64,000 bases of DNA, from positions 6,817 to 70,816 of the forward strand of contig JAGOUX010000001.1 in NCBI GenBank assembly GCA_018061035.1, read 5' to 3'. The first letter of the stretch is position 1, and each line of letters opens with the position of its first letter. Shown in pieces: positions 1-10,820 of the stretch. The notes below the pieces were generated by a model, which saw only the letters and a program-made list of their open reading frames with translations, was not told the DNA's origin and did no database searches. Position numbers and translations under genes: made by a program. The DNA is from Minisyncoccota bacterium. Lineage in GTDB: Bacteria; Patescibacteriota; Minisyncoccia; Phycocordibacterales; UBA9973.

Positions 1-79
1 AATACCATTCGTGCTTTTCGCATATAGTTAGTATATCAACAAGCGAGCAACGTATGCAAGCGTTAACTTCAGTGAGTAA

Positions 80-1810
80 TTATTCAAAATATTCTGGAGT
101 ATATATAGACATCCAGTCTAGAAGCTGACGCATTATTGAGGAAGCTCCGACCCCATTGGTCGAAGGGCCAGCCTCCATCATGATAGTGAAGGAGTATTTC
201 GGATTTTCGTATGGGAAGAAACCGATTGCCCAAGAGTTCACTTTATTTTTCAGTACTCCCAGCTGTGCAGTACCTGTTTTCGCTGCCACATCTACATACG
301 GGACATTGAGAGCCACAGCAGTTCCGTAGGTTACAGCTTGGCGCATACCTTCGTGGGCAATATCAAAGTATTCCTTTTTGAGATCTATTATTCGTATTTG
401 ATTTTCTTTTTCCTTGTCGCCAAGAATGAAATGTGGAGTGAGAAGTGTCCCATCATTGGCAATAGCTGATACAGCTCTGGCCATTTCTATTGGTGTGACT
501 TGGAATCCATATTGTCCGATGGCTGTATGATATGTATCTCCAATTCTCCACGGGTCACCGTTGAAATTTTTCAACTTCCACTCAGGACTAGGAATTACAC
601 CGGACTTTTCGTCTGGCACATCTACACCAGTTTTCTCATCCATACCGAAAAGTTTTGAATATTCTCCAATTTTCAAAATTCCTAAACCTTTTTGATCTTC
701 AAATCCACCGCCTATTTCATAAAAGAAAACGTCGGACGAAACCGCAATTGCTTCTTTGATGTCAGTCCAGCCATGAGCTTTCCAGTCTTTAAAAACAGTT
801 TTCTGATCTGGGAAATATGGATTCGGAATGGATATAGATCCGGTAGATATAATCTGTTTGTACTGATCTATAATACCTTCAGCCAAGGCTCCAATTGCAA
901 ATATTGGTTTTACGATTGATCCTGGTGTATACAAACCAGAAATAGCTCGATCAAGAAAAACCTTTCGTTTATCTGCCAAGTAGCCATTGATCACCTTGCT
1001 ATCCTTGCCGAGCGACAATACTTCCGAATTATATTCTGGATAACTAGTAGAAGTTAGAATTTCTCCATTTCGTACATCCATAATCACACCACTACCACCA
1101 GCAAAAGAATTGCTTTCAGACAAATTTTTGATCAATGCATATAATTCCTTCTGAATTCTAGAATCGATTGTCGTTATCAAATCTGCGCCACGGGTTGGAG
1201 GGTTTACGATGTTTTCTCCATGAGTAACACCCTTGGCATCTGTTTCGACAATTTTTGAACCATTTTCACCCTGAAGTTTGGTATTGTATTGTTTCTCGAG
1301 ACCATCCTTACCTATAAATTCACTTTGCCAGAGTTTATTCATTTTGTCTCGAGCAGGATAACTAACGTAACCCAAAATATGAGCAAAACCATTCGATAAA
1401 TATGAGCGTATTTCAAAATCACTTTTTACTTGTTCTTCGCCCGTTTGTGAAGGAAGGGTCGCACTTTCTTTTTTATTCCAGGCCAATTCGACTTTGTTTC
1501 GGTCGTAAATGATTCCTCGATCAGCAAAAATTACCACCTTTTCTAAGGTGTTATTTTCACTGCGTTTGAAATAAGCCTCTCCTTTTGATATTTGGAGATA
1601 ACCAAGTCGTGCACCAAAAGTACCTGCAATTAAAAAGAAAAATATTCCAAGAAATACAATGGTTCGTTTTGGAATTGGCTTTTCAATTCGCCCCTCAAAT
1701 TGTTGGCGGTCGAAATTCTGAATATTTTTTGAATCCAAAAAAATCTCATCGGGTTCAACCATGAAGTTATGTTTCTTGAGCTTATTCTTCTTGAATACTC
1801 GAGTAATCAT
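80..1810 (-). CDS. Penicillin-binding protein 2 / FtsI-type peptidoglycan transpeptidase
   Basis: N-terminal TM helix; transpeptidase motifs S-x-x-K (GSIVKP region) and KTGT (AAKTGTAQ); 576 aa. Confidence 0.8.
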   Translation of the reverse strand: MITRVFKKNKLKKHNFMVEPDEIFLDSKNIQNFDRQQFEGRIEKPIPKRTIVFLGIFFFLIAGTFGARLGYLQISKGEAYFKRSENNTLEKVVIFADRGIIYDRNKVELAWNKKESATLPSQTGEEQVKSDFEIRSYLSNGFAHILGYVSYPARDKMNKLWQSEFIGKDGLEKQYNTKLQGENGSKIVETDAKGVTHGENIVNPPTRGADLITTIDSRIQKELYALIKNLSESNSFAGGSGVIMDVRNGEILTSTSYPEYNSEVLSLGKDSKVINGYLADKRKVFLDRAISGLYTPGSIVKPIFAIGALAEGIIDQYKQIISTGSISIPNPYFPDQKTVFKDWKAHGWTDIKEAIAVSSDVFFYEIGGGFEDQKGLGILKIGEYSKLFGMDEKTGVDVPDEKSGVIPSPEWKLKNFNGDPWRIGDTYHTAIGQYGFQVTPIEMARAVSAIANDGTLLTPHFILGDKEKENQIRIIDLKKEYFDIAHEGMRQAVTYGTAVALNVPYVDVAAKTGTAQLGVLKNKVNSWAIGFFPYENPKYSFTIMMEAGPSTNGVGASSIMRQLLDWMSIYTPEYFE

Positions 1811-1816
1811 TGGTAA

Positions 1817-2083
1817 TTATTTATTGTAAAACTTCAGCCTCTTTTTCAATATTTCAGCTAATATTAATGCTACACCGCCTAGTATGGTTGTTAAGAAAAA
1901 TACCCCACCAAATTTTCCACTTCTTGCAGCATAAAGAATATCAGACAAAAGTAATAGTACTATGCTCTCAGCAAAGATATCAAAGTAAATAATCCCTGCG
2001 GCTACCATAAGAACAAATACCCAAAAAGGCATGAAAAATATTGAAAAAAGTATAACAAGTACAGACACGATACGAATAGCCAT
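1817..2083 (-). CDS. Small hydrophobic membrane protein (hypothetical)
   Basis: 88 aa ORF, almost entirely hydrophobic, co-directional and tightly spaced with neighbours. Confidence 0.3.
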   Translation of the reverse strand: MAIRIVSVLVILFSIFFMPFWVFVLMVAAGIIYFDIFAESIVLLLLSDILYAARSGKFGGVFFLTTILGGVALILAEILKKRLKFYNK

Positions 2084-2139
2084 ATCTACATATTACACGT
2101 AGATTGTCAGAATACAAAATCCTTTATCGTAGAAGATAA

Positions 2140-2985
2140 TTATGAATAAAATACCCTACGCCAGATTGCTCTTACGATAAAAAAAGTGACTATACATATT
2201 ATTCCATAAAAAATTACTCCGTACTTGAAAAGGTATGACAATAATGTAATTAGAAATAACTCAACGTATTTGAAGGGTTTGATAAACTTACTCGCCTTTT
2301 CAGCTTTCTCTGATTTAGGATTCGTAGAGCTCAGACTCTTTATAGCTGTACTGACTTCAACTTTTTTATTACTGGTTGCGACGCTGGCACTTGTACGAAC
2401 ACTCTCTAGCATATTTGCAGTAGCTATTATGGGTGTCGAGATTAACTTTGGAGTGTTGGACACAATTTTCTCCTCGAGTTCTTTGACAGGATCGATTGCT
2501 ACTTCGGTATTTTTATTTGTAGAAGTTTTTACCTCAGCTTTATTGGTCGAGATGTCATTCTCTATAATAATTTTGGAAGCGACGGTACGCTCATTCTCCT
2601 CTGTCTGATTGCCAGAGCGATACACTGGTTCATACTTCCCTCCCCCTAAAGCAAATTTTGCATTTTCAATCTTGGCATAGATTTTGTGCGAGCCAGCCAC
2701 AACTGTCCAATCGATAGATATTTCCGTAGCATCTTTGGGTTTCAGAACAAAATCCTTTTTCCCTAAGAAAAGTGATTTGTCAAAAAAAATAACTGTACCC
2801 GAAAATTCTCTTATGTCGGGATTAAACAACATAGTGTAAATTTTAATTTTATCGCCAGCATCAAATGGATCTTTCGAATACCAAATATTACCAGGAACAA
2901 AACCCGCTCCAGATTCCTGGGCCAATATAAAAAAATTCGGTAGAAAAGAAAAAATAATAGCTAGAAAAAATACCAGTTTTTTCAT
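2140..2985 (-). CDS. Secreted Ser/Thr-rich protein with C-terminal membrane anchor (hypothetical)
   Basis: N-terminal signal-peptide-like segment, S/T-rich middle, C-terminal hydrophobic segment. Confidence 0.4.
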   Translation of the reverse strand: MKKLVFFLAIIFSFLPNFFILAQESGAGFVPGNIWYSKDPFDAGDKIKIYTMLFNPDIREFSGTVIFFDKSLFLGKKDFVLKPKDATEISIDWTVVAGSHKIYAKIENAKFALGGGKYEPVYRSGNQTEENERTVASKIIIENDISTNKAEVKTSTNKNTEVAIDPVKELEEKIVSNTPKLISTPIIATANMLESVRTSASVATSNKKVEVSTAIKSLSSTNPKSEKAEKASKFIKPFKYVELFLITLLSYLFKYGVIFYGIICIVTFFIVRAIWRRVFYS

Positions 2986-3024
2986 TGGTAATATTATAGC
3001 AGGATTTAAAAGGTAATAAAGTAC

Positions 3025-4278
3025 TTATTCTTTATTTAGGGCTTCTATTGGGTTTAGCTTAGCAGCATTTCTAGCAGGAAAGACTCCGAACACCACTCCG
3101 ATTAGCATAGATATCGTTACAGAAAGTACGATTCCGTATATTGGAATAGCAAAATTCCAATCGAAGCCATATGCCTGAGCGGCCTTGGCTATAATGAAGG
3201 TAAACAATGTTCCTCCCAATATGCCGACGACTCCTCCAAGTAGAGTTAATATCACAGCTTCAATTAAAAATTCATATAATATATCTTGATTTCTAGCACC
3301 GAGAGCTTTTTTAAGACCAATTTCGCCGATACGTTCTGTGACTACCACATACATAATATTCATGACCCCGACACCACCTACAATGAGTGATATCAATGCA
3401 ATAGCTATAAGTAGAAATGTAACCGCACTCAGAATAGTGTTAAAAGTCTCCAAATTTTGTTCTTGTGTTTTGACGACGAAATCGTCTTTGGTCGGATCGG
3501 TGATCGAGTGATTACGGCGAAGCACATCTGTGGCATCGAGGGCTGTGGTCTCACCTTTCGCTGGATCGATAGGCTCGATTATTCCATAAAATAAATAATC
3601 AATACCTAGAAACTTTTTCTGTAGTGTGGTCGAGGGTATATAGATTTGCTCATCATCATTGTTGGGACCAAAGCTACCTCTGCTTTCATACACTCCAATT
3701 ACTTCAAAATTGTAAGCTCCGATTCGAATTAATTTTCCCAGTGGATCATTGTCGCCAAAGAAATTTTCAGAAATATCATGTCCGAGTACTGCTACTTGAG
3801 CCAATGACCTATTTTCTTCTAGAGTATAGGGTCGTCCTACTTCTATTACACCTTTGTCGATATCAAACCTGGCAGCATCAGCACCAAAAAGAAATGCATT
3901 TTTTGAAACATTGCCATAACTAGCTACTTCTTGACCGATTACGGCGCCGTAAGCATTTCTTACATTTGGTAGCATTTTAATGTCTTCAATATCTTTGTTT
4001 TTGAATGTAGTGATAGGTACTGCATTCGAGGCAGTATTGCCACCAGATGTAGCGCCATCATTTCTAGATTTGGTCGAAGCTGGGACAACAGTTTCAATAG
4101 TAAGAGTGTTTGATCCAAACATTTCAACCTGGGCATTTATGTAGCTTTTAAATCCTTCACCTGCGCCTAGCACCAATACAACCGTACCTATACCGATCAT
4201 AATACCCAAAGTAGTTAGGACTGTTCTACCCTTGTTGGTTGTTATTCCCCGAATTGCTTGTTTGAGATATGTTTGCAT
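3025..4278 (-). CDS. ABC transporter permease, FtsX/MacB family
   Basis: N-terminal TM, large extracytoplasmic domain, C-terminal 3-TM FtsX-like domain; sits next to the ABC ATPase. Confidence 0.8.
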   Translation of the reverse strand: MQTYLKQAIRGITTNKGRTVLTTLGIMIGIGTVVLVLGAGEGFKSYINAQVEMFGSNTLTIETVVPASTKSRNDGATSGGNTASNAVPITTFKNKDIEDIKMLPNVRNAYGAVIGQEVASYGNVSKNAFLFGADAARFDIDKGVIEVGRPYTLEENRSLAQVAVLGHDISENFFGDNDPLGKLIRIGAYNFEVIGVYESRGSFGPNNDDEQIYIPSTTLQKKFLGIDYLFYGIIEPIDPAKGETTALDATDVLRRNHSITDPTKDDFVVKTQEQNLETFNTILSAVTFLLIAIALISLIVGGVGVMNIMYVVVTERIGEIGLKKALGARNQDILYEFLIEAVILTLLGGVVGILGGTLFTFIIAKAAQAYGFDWNFAIPIYGIVLSVTISMLIGVVFGVFPARNAAKLNPIEALNKE

Positions 4279-4281
4279 AAT

Positions 4282-5559
4282 TTATTCGTATCTTAGTGCT
4301 GCTATAGGGTCGAGCTTGGCAGCCTTGATTGCTGGGTATAAGCCGAACACTATTCCTGTTAAGGTCGACACAAATACTGCCAAAATCACAGCCATTGGCG
4401 AAATAACAAAAGACCAATCATACCCAGCCACTCTAGCACCAATAGCAATCAAATAAGAAATAAGTATACCAATGATTATACCCAATATGCCTCCCATACC
4501 AGTTAGGACTACAGCTTCTATGAGAAATTGGTTGCGAATTTGCTTTGGTGTAGCGCCAATAGCTTTGCGAAGACCGATCTCTCTTGTTCTTTCAGAAACT
4601 GTAACCAGCATGATATTCATAATTCCTATTCCACCAACAATCAGAGAGATCCCCGCCATTAATCCCAAGAACATGCGAAGTGCATCTGTGATGCTGGTCA
4701 ATACTTTGATTGCGTCTGCCAAATCTCTCACAGAAAAATCGTCATTTTCAGAATTCGTAATTCGATGCTCTTCACGAAGAACCTGAGTTATATCTTCGAT
4801 AGTACTTTTTACATTTTCTGGCGCGTCTGCTTTTAGTCGTATAAATTGAATATAATCAATACCCAATATCTGCCTTTGACCAATTTGAAATGGAATAAAT
4901 ACCTGATCATCTTGATTTTGAAATGCGACTGTTCCCAGTTTCTCTTGAATTCCTACTACTCGAAATGGAATACCACCTCCCTTATCTCCACCTTGTTGAA
5001 TCTTTACTATTGATCCAATTGCGGATGAATTAGGAAATAATTGAGTCGCTACGTCATATCCAAGCACAATCACATTTGCTCCCGCTTTACCTTCTTCGTC
5101 AGAGAAAAATTGACCTTCACTCATTTTTACATTCTGAACTCTAGGATAAGAGCCATCAGTCGCAGTAAATGATGTGTCTACAGATTCTCGGCCAGATATT
5201 ATCGTGACATTACCACGTACAAATTGCGCCACTTCTGCCAAATGAGGCACACGAGATTTGTCCTCTATGGCTCTCATATCAATAGAGCTTAGTGTTTTGA
5301 CCTGTATTCCGAACACGGCTGCGGGTGGACCATTTTCATTGCTTTTGCCAGGTAAAATTCCAATTAGGTTTGTTCCCAATTTGGTAATTTGGCCAAGTAC
5401 GAGTGCTTGAGCACCAGCACCGAGAGATATGATCACAATAACTCCAGATACACCAATAACAATACCCAATATGGTCAGTAGGCTTCGGACTTTTCTTGCA
5501 AAAAGATTTTTAATTATTGCTCGTGTATTTTTGAAGTAATTTGCCATATTACTTGTCAT
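4282..5559 (-). CDS. ABC transporter permease, FtsX/MacB family (second copy)
   Basis: Same architecture as 3025..4278; overlaps the ATPase gene by a few nt. Confidence 0.8.
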   Translation of the reverse strand: MTSNMANYFKNTRAIIKNLFARKVRSLLTILGIVIGVSGVIVIISLGAGAQALVLGQITKLGTNLIGILPGKSNENGPPAAVFGIQVKTLSSIDMRAIEDKSRVPHLAEVAQFVRGNVTIISGRESVDTSFTATDGSYPRVQNVKMSEGQFFSDEEGKAGANVIVLGYDVATQLFPNSSAIGSIVKIQQGGDKGGGIPFRVVGIQEKLGTVAFQNQDDQVFIPFQIGQRQILGIDYIQFIRLKADAPENVKSTIEDITQVLREEHRITNSENDDFSVRDLADAIKVLTSITDALRMFLGLMAGISLIVGGIGIMNIMLVTVSERTREIGLRKAIGATPKQIRNQFLIEAVVLTGMGGILGIIIGILISYLIAIGARVAGYDWSFVISPMAVILAVFVSTLTGIVFGLYPAIKAAKLDPIAALRYE

Positions 5560-6265
5560 CTTCTTCGACTAATAGCTTGCTTCGTTTTTGATTAGAAATC
5601 TTTTCATCAGCAATAATGCTTCCATCCATAATAGTGATGACGCGCTTAGCGTGTTCGGCCACACCTCGATCATGTGTAACTAGAATAATTGTTCTTCCTT
5701 CATCATTTAGTCTTTGCAATATGCTCATGACGATTGCGCCACTTTTTGAATCTAGGTTTCCGGTTGGCTCATCAGCAAATATAACCTTCGGATCACATAC
5801 GAGTGCTCGTGCTATGGCTACGCGTTGTTTCTGTCCACCAGAAATTTGATTTGATAAGAAATTCAATCTATTACCCAGACCCACAGCCTCGAGAGCCTTT
5901 GTGGCCAATTCGGCATGATTTGTTTTTTTGCTATAAGTTAGAGGCAGTATGACATTGTCGAGTACTGTAGTACGAGCAAGCAGGTTGAACGATTGAAAAA
6001 CGAAACCAATTCTTTCGTTTCGAATATGTGCCAACTCGTCATCATTGAAAAGAGCTGTATTTTCGCCATCAAATAAATATTTTCCTCTTGTTGGACGATC
6101 TAGAAATCCAATTGTGTGCATTAGGGTCGATTTTCCCGATCCAGAAGGGCCCATCACAGCCAAAAATTCCCCTTCTTTTACGTCTAGAGATACTCCACGA
6201 AGCACTTTCGTAAGTCCTCCTCCATTGTCGTATTCTTTTTCTATATCTTTAAGCTGTATGAGCAT
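5549..6265 (-). CDS. ABC transporter ATP-binding protein (MacB/LolD-like)
   Basis: Walker A GPSGSGKST, ABC signature LSGGQKQRVAIARAL, Walker B IFADEPTGNLD. Confidence 0.9.
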   Translation of the reverse strand: MLIQLKDIEKEYDNGGGLTKVLRGVSLDVKEGEFLAVMGPSGSGKSTLMHTIGFLDRPTRGKYLFDGENTALFNDDELAHIRNERIGFVFQSFNLLARTTVLDNVILPLTYSKKTNHAELATKALEAVGLGNRLNFLSNQISGGQKQRVAIARALVCDPKVIFADEPTGNLDSKSGAIVMSILQRLNDEGRTIILVTHDRGVAEHAKRVITIMDGSIIADEKISNQKRSKLLVEEDDK

Positions 6266-6267
6266 AA

Positions 6268-7827
6268 TTATGCTTTGATTAAGACGACGAATTCATCACC
6301 AGTATTTAGTCCTGATGTGATTTCTACTTGTCCTCCATCACCTTCCATGCCGGTTGTGACTTCGACCTGCTCCCATTCTTTGGTCTTAGGATTAGTTACA
6401 AGACGAATAGTTTTCTTGCCAGATTTGTCCGTCAGTACTGCTCTACTAGGGACTGAAATAATATTTTCTTTTGCTGAGACTAGAATAGTCATGTTTGCAG
6501 TCATTCCAGGTCGAAGTTCTGGTGTAGAATCTATGCTTGCTGTGACTTTATAATTCACAACTCCAGATATAAGAGTTGAAGATGGATCTACTCTTAGTAC
6601 TTTACCAGTAAAAACCTTGTCGGAACCAAATGCATCAAAAGTTAGATCTACGTGAGCATCTGGAATTATGGATGTTATGTTTGCTTCATTAATATTTGCT
6701 TCCAAATATAAATCACTAACATTTTGTATGACCATAACGTTATTTTGCGCTTGGGCCAATTCACCTAACTTGATATCTACTTTTGTAACTGTGCCATTTG
6801 TCGGTGCTCTTAACAGTGTGTGTTCAAAATTCGCTGATGCTGATTGAACCTGTCCTTGGGCACTTAGAATATCAGCTTGCGCTAGGTTGAGATCAGCGGG
6901 ACGGGCCATAGATTTTTTGAGTGACAACTCGGCATTGCGTTGATTTACTAAAGCTTCAGATGTACCCAATGCAGATTCTTCAGTTTTTAGAGCAGACTGG
7001 TATGCATTGTAATTTGTTACATAGTCAGAAGCATTTTTGTTTGGAATATCAATAACCCAATCTGTAACTCCAGGATTAAGACTTGCAAATGCAATTGATA
7101 ATCCTGAATTTCCTACTGACTGAGGTGATGTACTAACTACACCAGAGGCGGTTACAATTCCGGAAGCATTAAATCTAGTACCATCACCTGCTGTATATAC
7201 TGAAATATGAATTTGGCCTTCACTCGTTTTATTGTATGAACCACTAATAGTTGGTGCAGTCGTAGAACTACTACCATTTGTAGCAACTGCCTCCAGGCTT
7301 GAGCTCAGAAGTTTTTTGTAAGCATTCTCAACTAAAATTTGTTGTTGGGATTTTACTCGTATTTGGTCACTTTTAGCATTATCTAGTGCTACTTGAGCCA
7401 AAGCTACTTCTTCACTCGAAGCTCCGTCGAGGATTTTCTGATATCTCGCTTGAGCTGCTGCTTCTGCTCCTCGCGCAGAAGTTAATGCAGCGAGTTCGGT
7501 ACCTTGATCAAGGGTGGCCAATATCGCACCAGCTCTTACTTGATCACCCACTTTTACTCTAAGTGACTTCACGGTGCCACTTTTTCCGAAAGACAAGCTG
7601 AGATCGGTCGTAGATGTGACCTGCCCAGTAGCCAAGACAGTACGCTTAAGATTAGATACATGAGCCATGTCTGTAGTAATGTTGGCACTATTGTCTTTTG
7701 GACCGAATATTTTATAGCCAAGAAAAAGTACTAAAATAAGTAATAATCCGTAGATTATTTTTTTTGTAAGCGACCATCCAACTATCCGTGCACCAAGATT
7801 GGTAAAAAAGTTTTTTATTTTATGCAT
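6268..7827 (-). CDS. HlyD/MacA-type periplasmic adaptor (membrane fusion protein)
   Basis: N-terminal TM, long coiled-coil/beta-barrel-like architecture, operon position upstream of the ABC ATPase. Confidence 0.65.
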   Translation of the reverse strand: MHKIKNFFTNLGARIVGWSLTKKIIYGLLLILVLFLGYKIFGPKDNSANITTDMAHVSNLKRTVLATGQVTSTTDLSLSFGKSGTVKSLRVKVGDQVRAGAILATLDQGTELAALTSARGAEAAAQARYQKILDGASSEEVALAQVALDNAKSDQIRVKSQQQILVENAYKKLLSSSLEAVATNGSSSTTAPTISGSYNKTSEGQIHISVYTAGDGTRFNASGIVTASGVVSTSPQSVGNSGLSIAFASLNPGVTDWVIDIPNKNASDYVTNYNAYQSALKTEESALGTSEALVNQRNAELSLKKSMARPADLNLAQADILSAQGQVQSASANFEHTLLRAPTNGTVTKVDIKLGELAQAQNNVMVIQNVSDLYLEANINEANITSIIPDAHVDLTFDAFGSDKVFTGKVLRVDPSSTLISGVVNYKVTASIDSTPELRPGMTANMTILVSAKENIISVPSRAVLTDKSGKKTIRLVTNPKTKEWEQVEVTTGMEGDGGQVEITSGLNTGDEFVVLIKA

Positions 7828-7866
7828 AATTGCTTCAATTATAGCATAAAAATATGAACCTGTAAT

Positions 7867-9087
7867 CTACTTAGTTTTTGATTCGATACGCATCAATGCT
7901 AAGACAAAGGCACCTCTTCTTAGGTCAGTATTAAGTTCCCGCGATTTAGCTAAAATCATTTTTGCGGAATCATCGAGCATGGGTTGTAATTTCTCAAATA
8001 CTTGCTGTTCCGTCCAGTGCTCCTTTTTGAGATTTTGATCCCACTCGAAATATGAGACTGTTACTCCACCTGAGTTGGCTAGAATGTCCGGAATTACTTG
8101 AATTCCCTTTTTAAATAAAATCTCATCTGCTTCTGGTGTCGTCGGCCCATTGGCTAATTCGAGCACCACTTTGGCCTTCACCATATTTGCATTAGTTTCG
8201 GTAATCTGATTTTCGAAAGCTGCTGGAATCAGTAGATCGCAAGGTAATTCCAATAATTCTGCGTTAGAAATATTTTTGCTACCAGGAAAACCAGACAAAC
8301 TACCGGTATTTTTCTTATGTTCAGAAAGTTTTTCAATATCCAAGCCTTCGGAATTATAGATACCTCCTTTTGAATCCGAAACTGCTACCACCTTATGTCC
8401 ATTTTTATTCCAAATTTTAGCCGCGAAGCTACCAGCATTGCCAAATCCTTGCACAGCCACTTGGCACACATCTGGAAGACCTAAATCTTTCCTTAATGAT
8501 TCGAATACATAAAATCCTCCTTGTGCTGTGGCAGTACCTCGGCCCTCTGAACCACCTTTATCTAGAGGCTTACCAGTAATCACAGCTCCAGTAGTGTCTC
8601 CTGTAATTTTTCCATATTCATCGGCAATCCAAGCCATCATTTGTGGTGTGGTGTTTACATCGGGGGCAGGGACATCCTTTTGTGGACCCAATACGTCACT
8701 TAATCTTCTGGCCCAGCCTCGTGATAATCTTTCGAGCTCTCCTGCTGAAAGCTTTTTCGGATCAACAGTGACTCCACCCTTACCACCTCCCATGGGGATA
8801 TTCACCACTGCGCACTTGAGAGCCATCCAGAAAGCGAGAGCCTTTACTTCATTTACTTCGGTATCCTGATGATATCTAATACCGCCTTTGTAAGGACCTA
8901 GTGCGTTGTTATACTCAACTCGATATCCATCAAAAATAGAGAGAGAACCATCGTCCATAGTTACGGGAATAGAAAATCTAATATCACGATCTGGCACTCT
9001 CATGCGCGCAAGAAATTCTGGACTAAAGTTTTTAATCTTAGCTACTTTTTCTAACTGCGACATCGCGTTCTCGTAAGGATTGTGCAT
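7867..9087 (-). CDS. gdhA: Glutamate dehydrogenase
   Basis: KGGIRYH and GGGKGG motifs of the Glu/Leu/Phe/Val dehydrogenase family; 406 aa. Confidence 0.85.
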   Translation of the reverse strand: MHNPYENAMSQLEKVAKIKNFSPEFLARMRVPDRDIRFSIPVTMDDGSLSIFDGYRVEYNNALGPYKGGIRYHQDTEVNEVKALAFWMALKCAVVNIPMGGGKGGVTVDPKKLSAGELERLSRGWARRLSDVLGPQKDVPAPDVNTTPQMMAWIADEYGKITGDTTGAVITGKPLDKGGSEGRGTATAQGGFYVFESLRKDLGLPDVCQVAVQGFGNAGSFAAKIWNKNGHKVVAVSDSKGGIYNSEGLDIEKLSEHKKNTGSLSGFPGSKNISNAELLELPCDLLIPAAFENQITETNANMVKAKVVLELANGPTTPEADEILFKKGIQVIPDILANSGGVTVSYFEWDQNLKKEHWTEQQVFEKLQPMLDDSAKMILAKSRELNTDLRRGAFVLALMRIESKTK

Positions 9088-9121
9088 TATATTATGTGGT
9101 TAGGTAATAATTATTTGCCAA

Positions 9122-9514
9122 CTATCTAAATAAAAAATAAATTATGATTGATGTCAGAGCTGTGACAAATATGCCCCAGGACATGTCGGTCAAAGTCACT
9201 ATCGATGGCCATTTCATAATGGTCGCATTGTTGGTTAGGTCGTATGCTCCATATGCTGCTAGTCCGAGTATTGCCCCTCTCCATATGGCCGTCCAAGCTG
9301 AATGACTGGCAATGGCTGGTGTAATAGCAAAGACAGACAAAGCAATAGCATAGACTAGGTAAAATAATATTACTGGCCACCAGATTACGGACTCACCCAT
9401 AAGATAACCCAAATGTTTGAGGTTAAAACTCTTCACTACATAACCAAGCCAAAATGCATCAAGGCCAGCCATGACGAGCACACTAGCAATGTATATTTTT
9501 ATTATTTCAATCAT
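9122..9514 (-). CDS. Integral membrane protein (hypothetical, DUF2177-like)
   Basis: 130 aa with four hydrophobic segments. Confidence 0.4.
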   Translation of the reverse strand: MIEIIKIYIASVLVMAGLDAFWLGYVVKSFNLKHLGYLMGESVIWWPVILFYLVYAIALSVFAITPAIASHSAWTAIWRGAILGLAAYGAYDLTNNATIMKWPSIVTLTDMSWGIFVTALTSIIIYFLFR

Positions 9515-9559
9515 TAGAATATTGTAGCACTTTGTTAAAATTTAACTACAAGTGTCGAA

Positions 9560-10114
9560 TTAATATTCTATTGTAATGGGGAAAGACACAGAAGCGTCTA
9601 ATTCGCGCATATCAGATGGATTATCCTTATGGAGAACTACAGTAGCTGGACCTATGTATGATTCTGGAACTTTGACCATTATCTCAAAAGGCACCAAATC
9701 ATCTACCATCCATTCGCCTAGGGCTTGCGCTGGGCCAATAAAAAGTCGTTTGCCATCTTTGTCTAAGATCTCTACAGGAAATGATCCTTCGAAATAAAAT
9801 GCTCGTGCTTGTCCTGAAACTTTGAATTCTTTACCAGTTACTGCGCCTGATGTCGGAGTGTCAATAATCATATATTCCTTAGTGGTATTTGTGTATGTAA
9901 TAGGTGGGGGTGGAAGTTCTTCACTATAAGTACGACCATCTGGGGTCTTGCATTGACGCGGATGGCTCTCCATTATCGGATATCCTGCATTGGCACAATC
10001 TTCAAAAGATTGAATATTGAGGACTATAGAATCTTTGGTGTTAAAAAATCCCAACCATATTGCACCACCCAATATCGCAAGCACAATTAAAATATTTAAA
10101 AATTTATTATTCAT
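9560..10114 (-). CDS. Secreted/membrane-anchored hypothetical protein
   Basis: N-terminal TM or signal segment; no recognised catalytic motif. Confidence 0.4.
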   Translation of the reverse strand: MNNKFLNILIVLAILGGAIWLGFFNTKDSIVLNIQSFEDCANAGYPIMESHPRQCKTPDGRTYSEELPPPPITYTNTTKEYMIIDTPTSGAVTGKEFKVSGQARAFYFEGSFPVEILDKDGKRLFIGPAQALGEWMVDDLVPFEIMVKVPESYIGPATVVLHKDNPSDMRELDASVSFPITIEY

Positions 10115-10134
10115 TTATTTATTATAGCATTAAG

Positions 10135-10755
10135 TTATTCGACTAGCTGTGCCGTGACCACAAGGCGTTCTGCATGAGTACGCAATTCCTTGATGAAGTT
10201 TCCTGTACAAGTTATCAATCGAATCAACTTGCCACTTTTATCATTAAAAACTTCTGCTGGTGCGCTGTCGTATGGGTAAATTTTGCTACCTGTGACTACA
10301 AAGTGCAATTTAGTATCTTTGTCAGTATTGATATATATATCATCTCCTACTTGCAATTTATTCAAATGAGCAAAAACAGCGGGCATAGCTACACCATTGT
10401 CGACATGCCCAGCGATAACCGCACTACCCAATTTGCCTGGAAATGTTCCATATTTATACCAACCCACATCTGCAAAAGTACGCGGAGCAGCCATATTTCC
10501 CTTAGCATTTATTCCAAGTTCACCCATTTTCGCATTTACCTTTATACTAGGTATTGTAAGTTTCATTGAAAATTTTTCATCAGCATTTTTTGCTAATGCC
10601 ACTTGGCTTTCAGGATTGATTATTTGAGCAACTTGTTCATCAGGCAATGAGATTTCGTCAGATGGAAAATAATAAAATGCACGCATATAACCCACTGAAA
10701 ATATCGTGAGCGCAATTAGAGTCGTTATTAAAATAATAGTATTTTTGATTTTCAT
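10135..10755 (-). CDS. Sortase-family transpeptidase
   Basis: N-terminal TM; AGHVD histidine region and LITCTG (TLxTC catalytic Cys motif); directly downstream of an LPXTG protein. Confidence 0.65.
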   Translation of the reverse strand: MKIKNTIILITTLIALTIFSVGYMRAFYYFPSDEISLPDEQVAQIINPESQVALAKNADEKFSMKLTIPSIKVNAKMGELGINAKGNMAAPRTFADVGWYKYGTFPGKLGSAVIAGHVDNGVAMPAVFAHLNKLQVGDDIYINTDKDTKLHFVVTGSKIYPYDSAPAEVFNDKSGKLIRLITCTGNFIKELRTHAERLVVTAQLVE

Positions 10756-10820
10756 TTAAAATTTAAAGGTATCGAAAAGCGGATACACATGTACCCGCAT
10801 TCGATCTCCTTTGTCCTAAG

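Noticed and set aside
692-919. Numerous 60-130 aa ORFs antisense to long housekeeping genes (e.g. 692..919, 2225..2608, 3624..3923, 8528..8869, 14662..15045, 43696..44190)
   Set aside because: They lie fully inside well-supported CDSs on the opposite strand, have no start or terminator context and give low-complexity translations. I treated them as frame noise.
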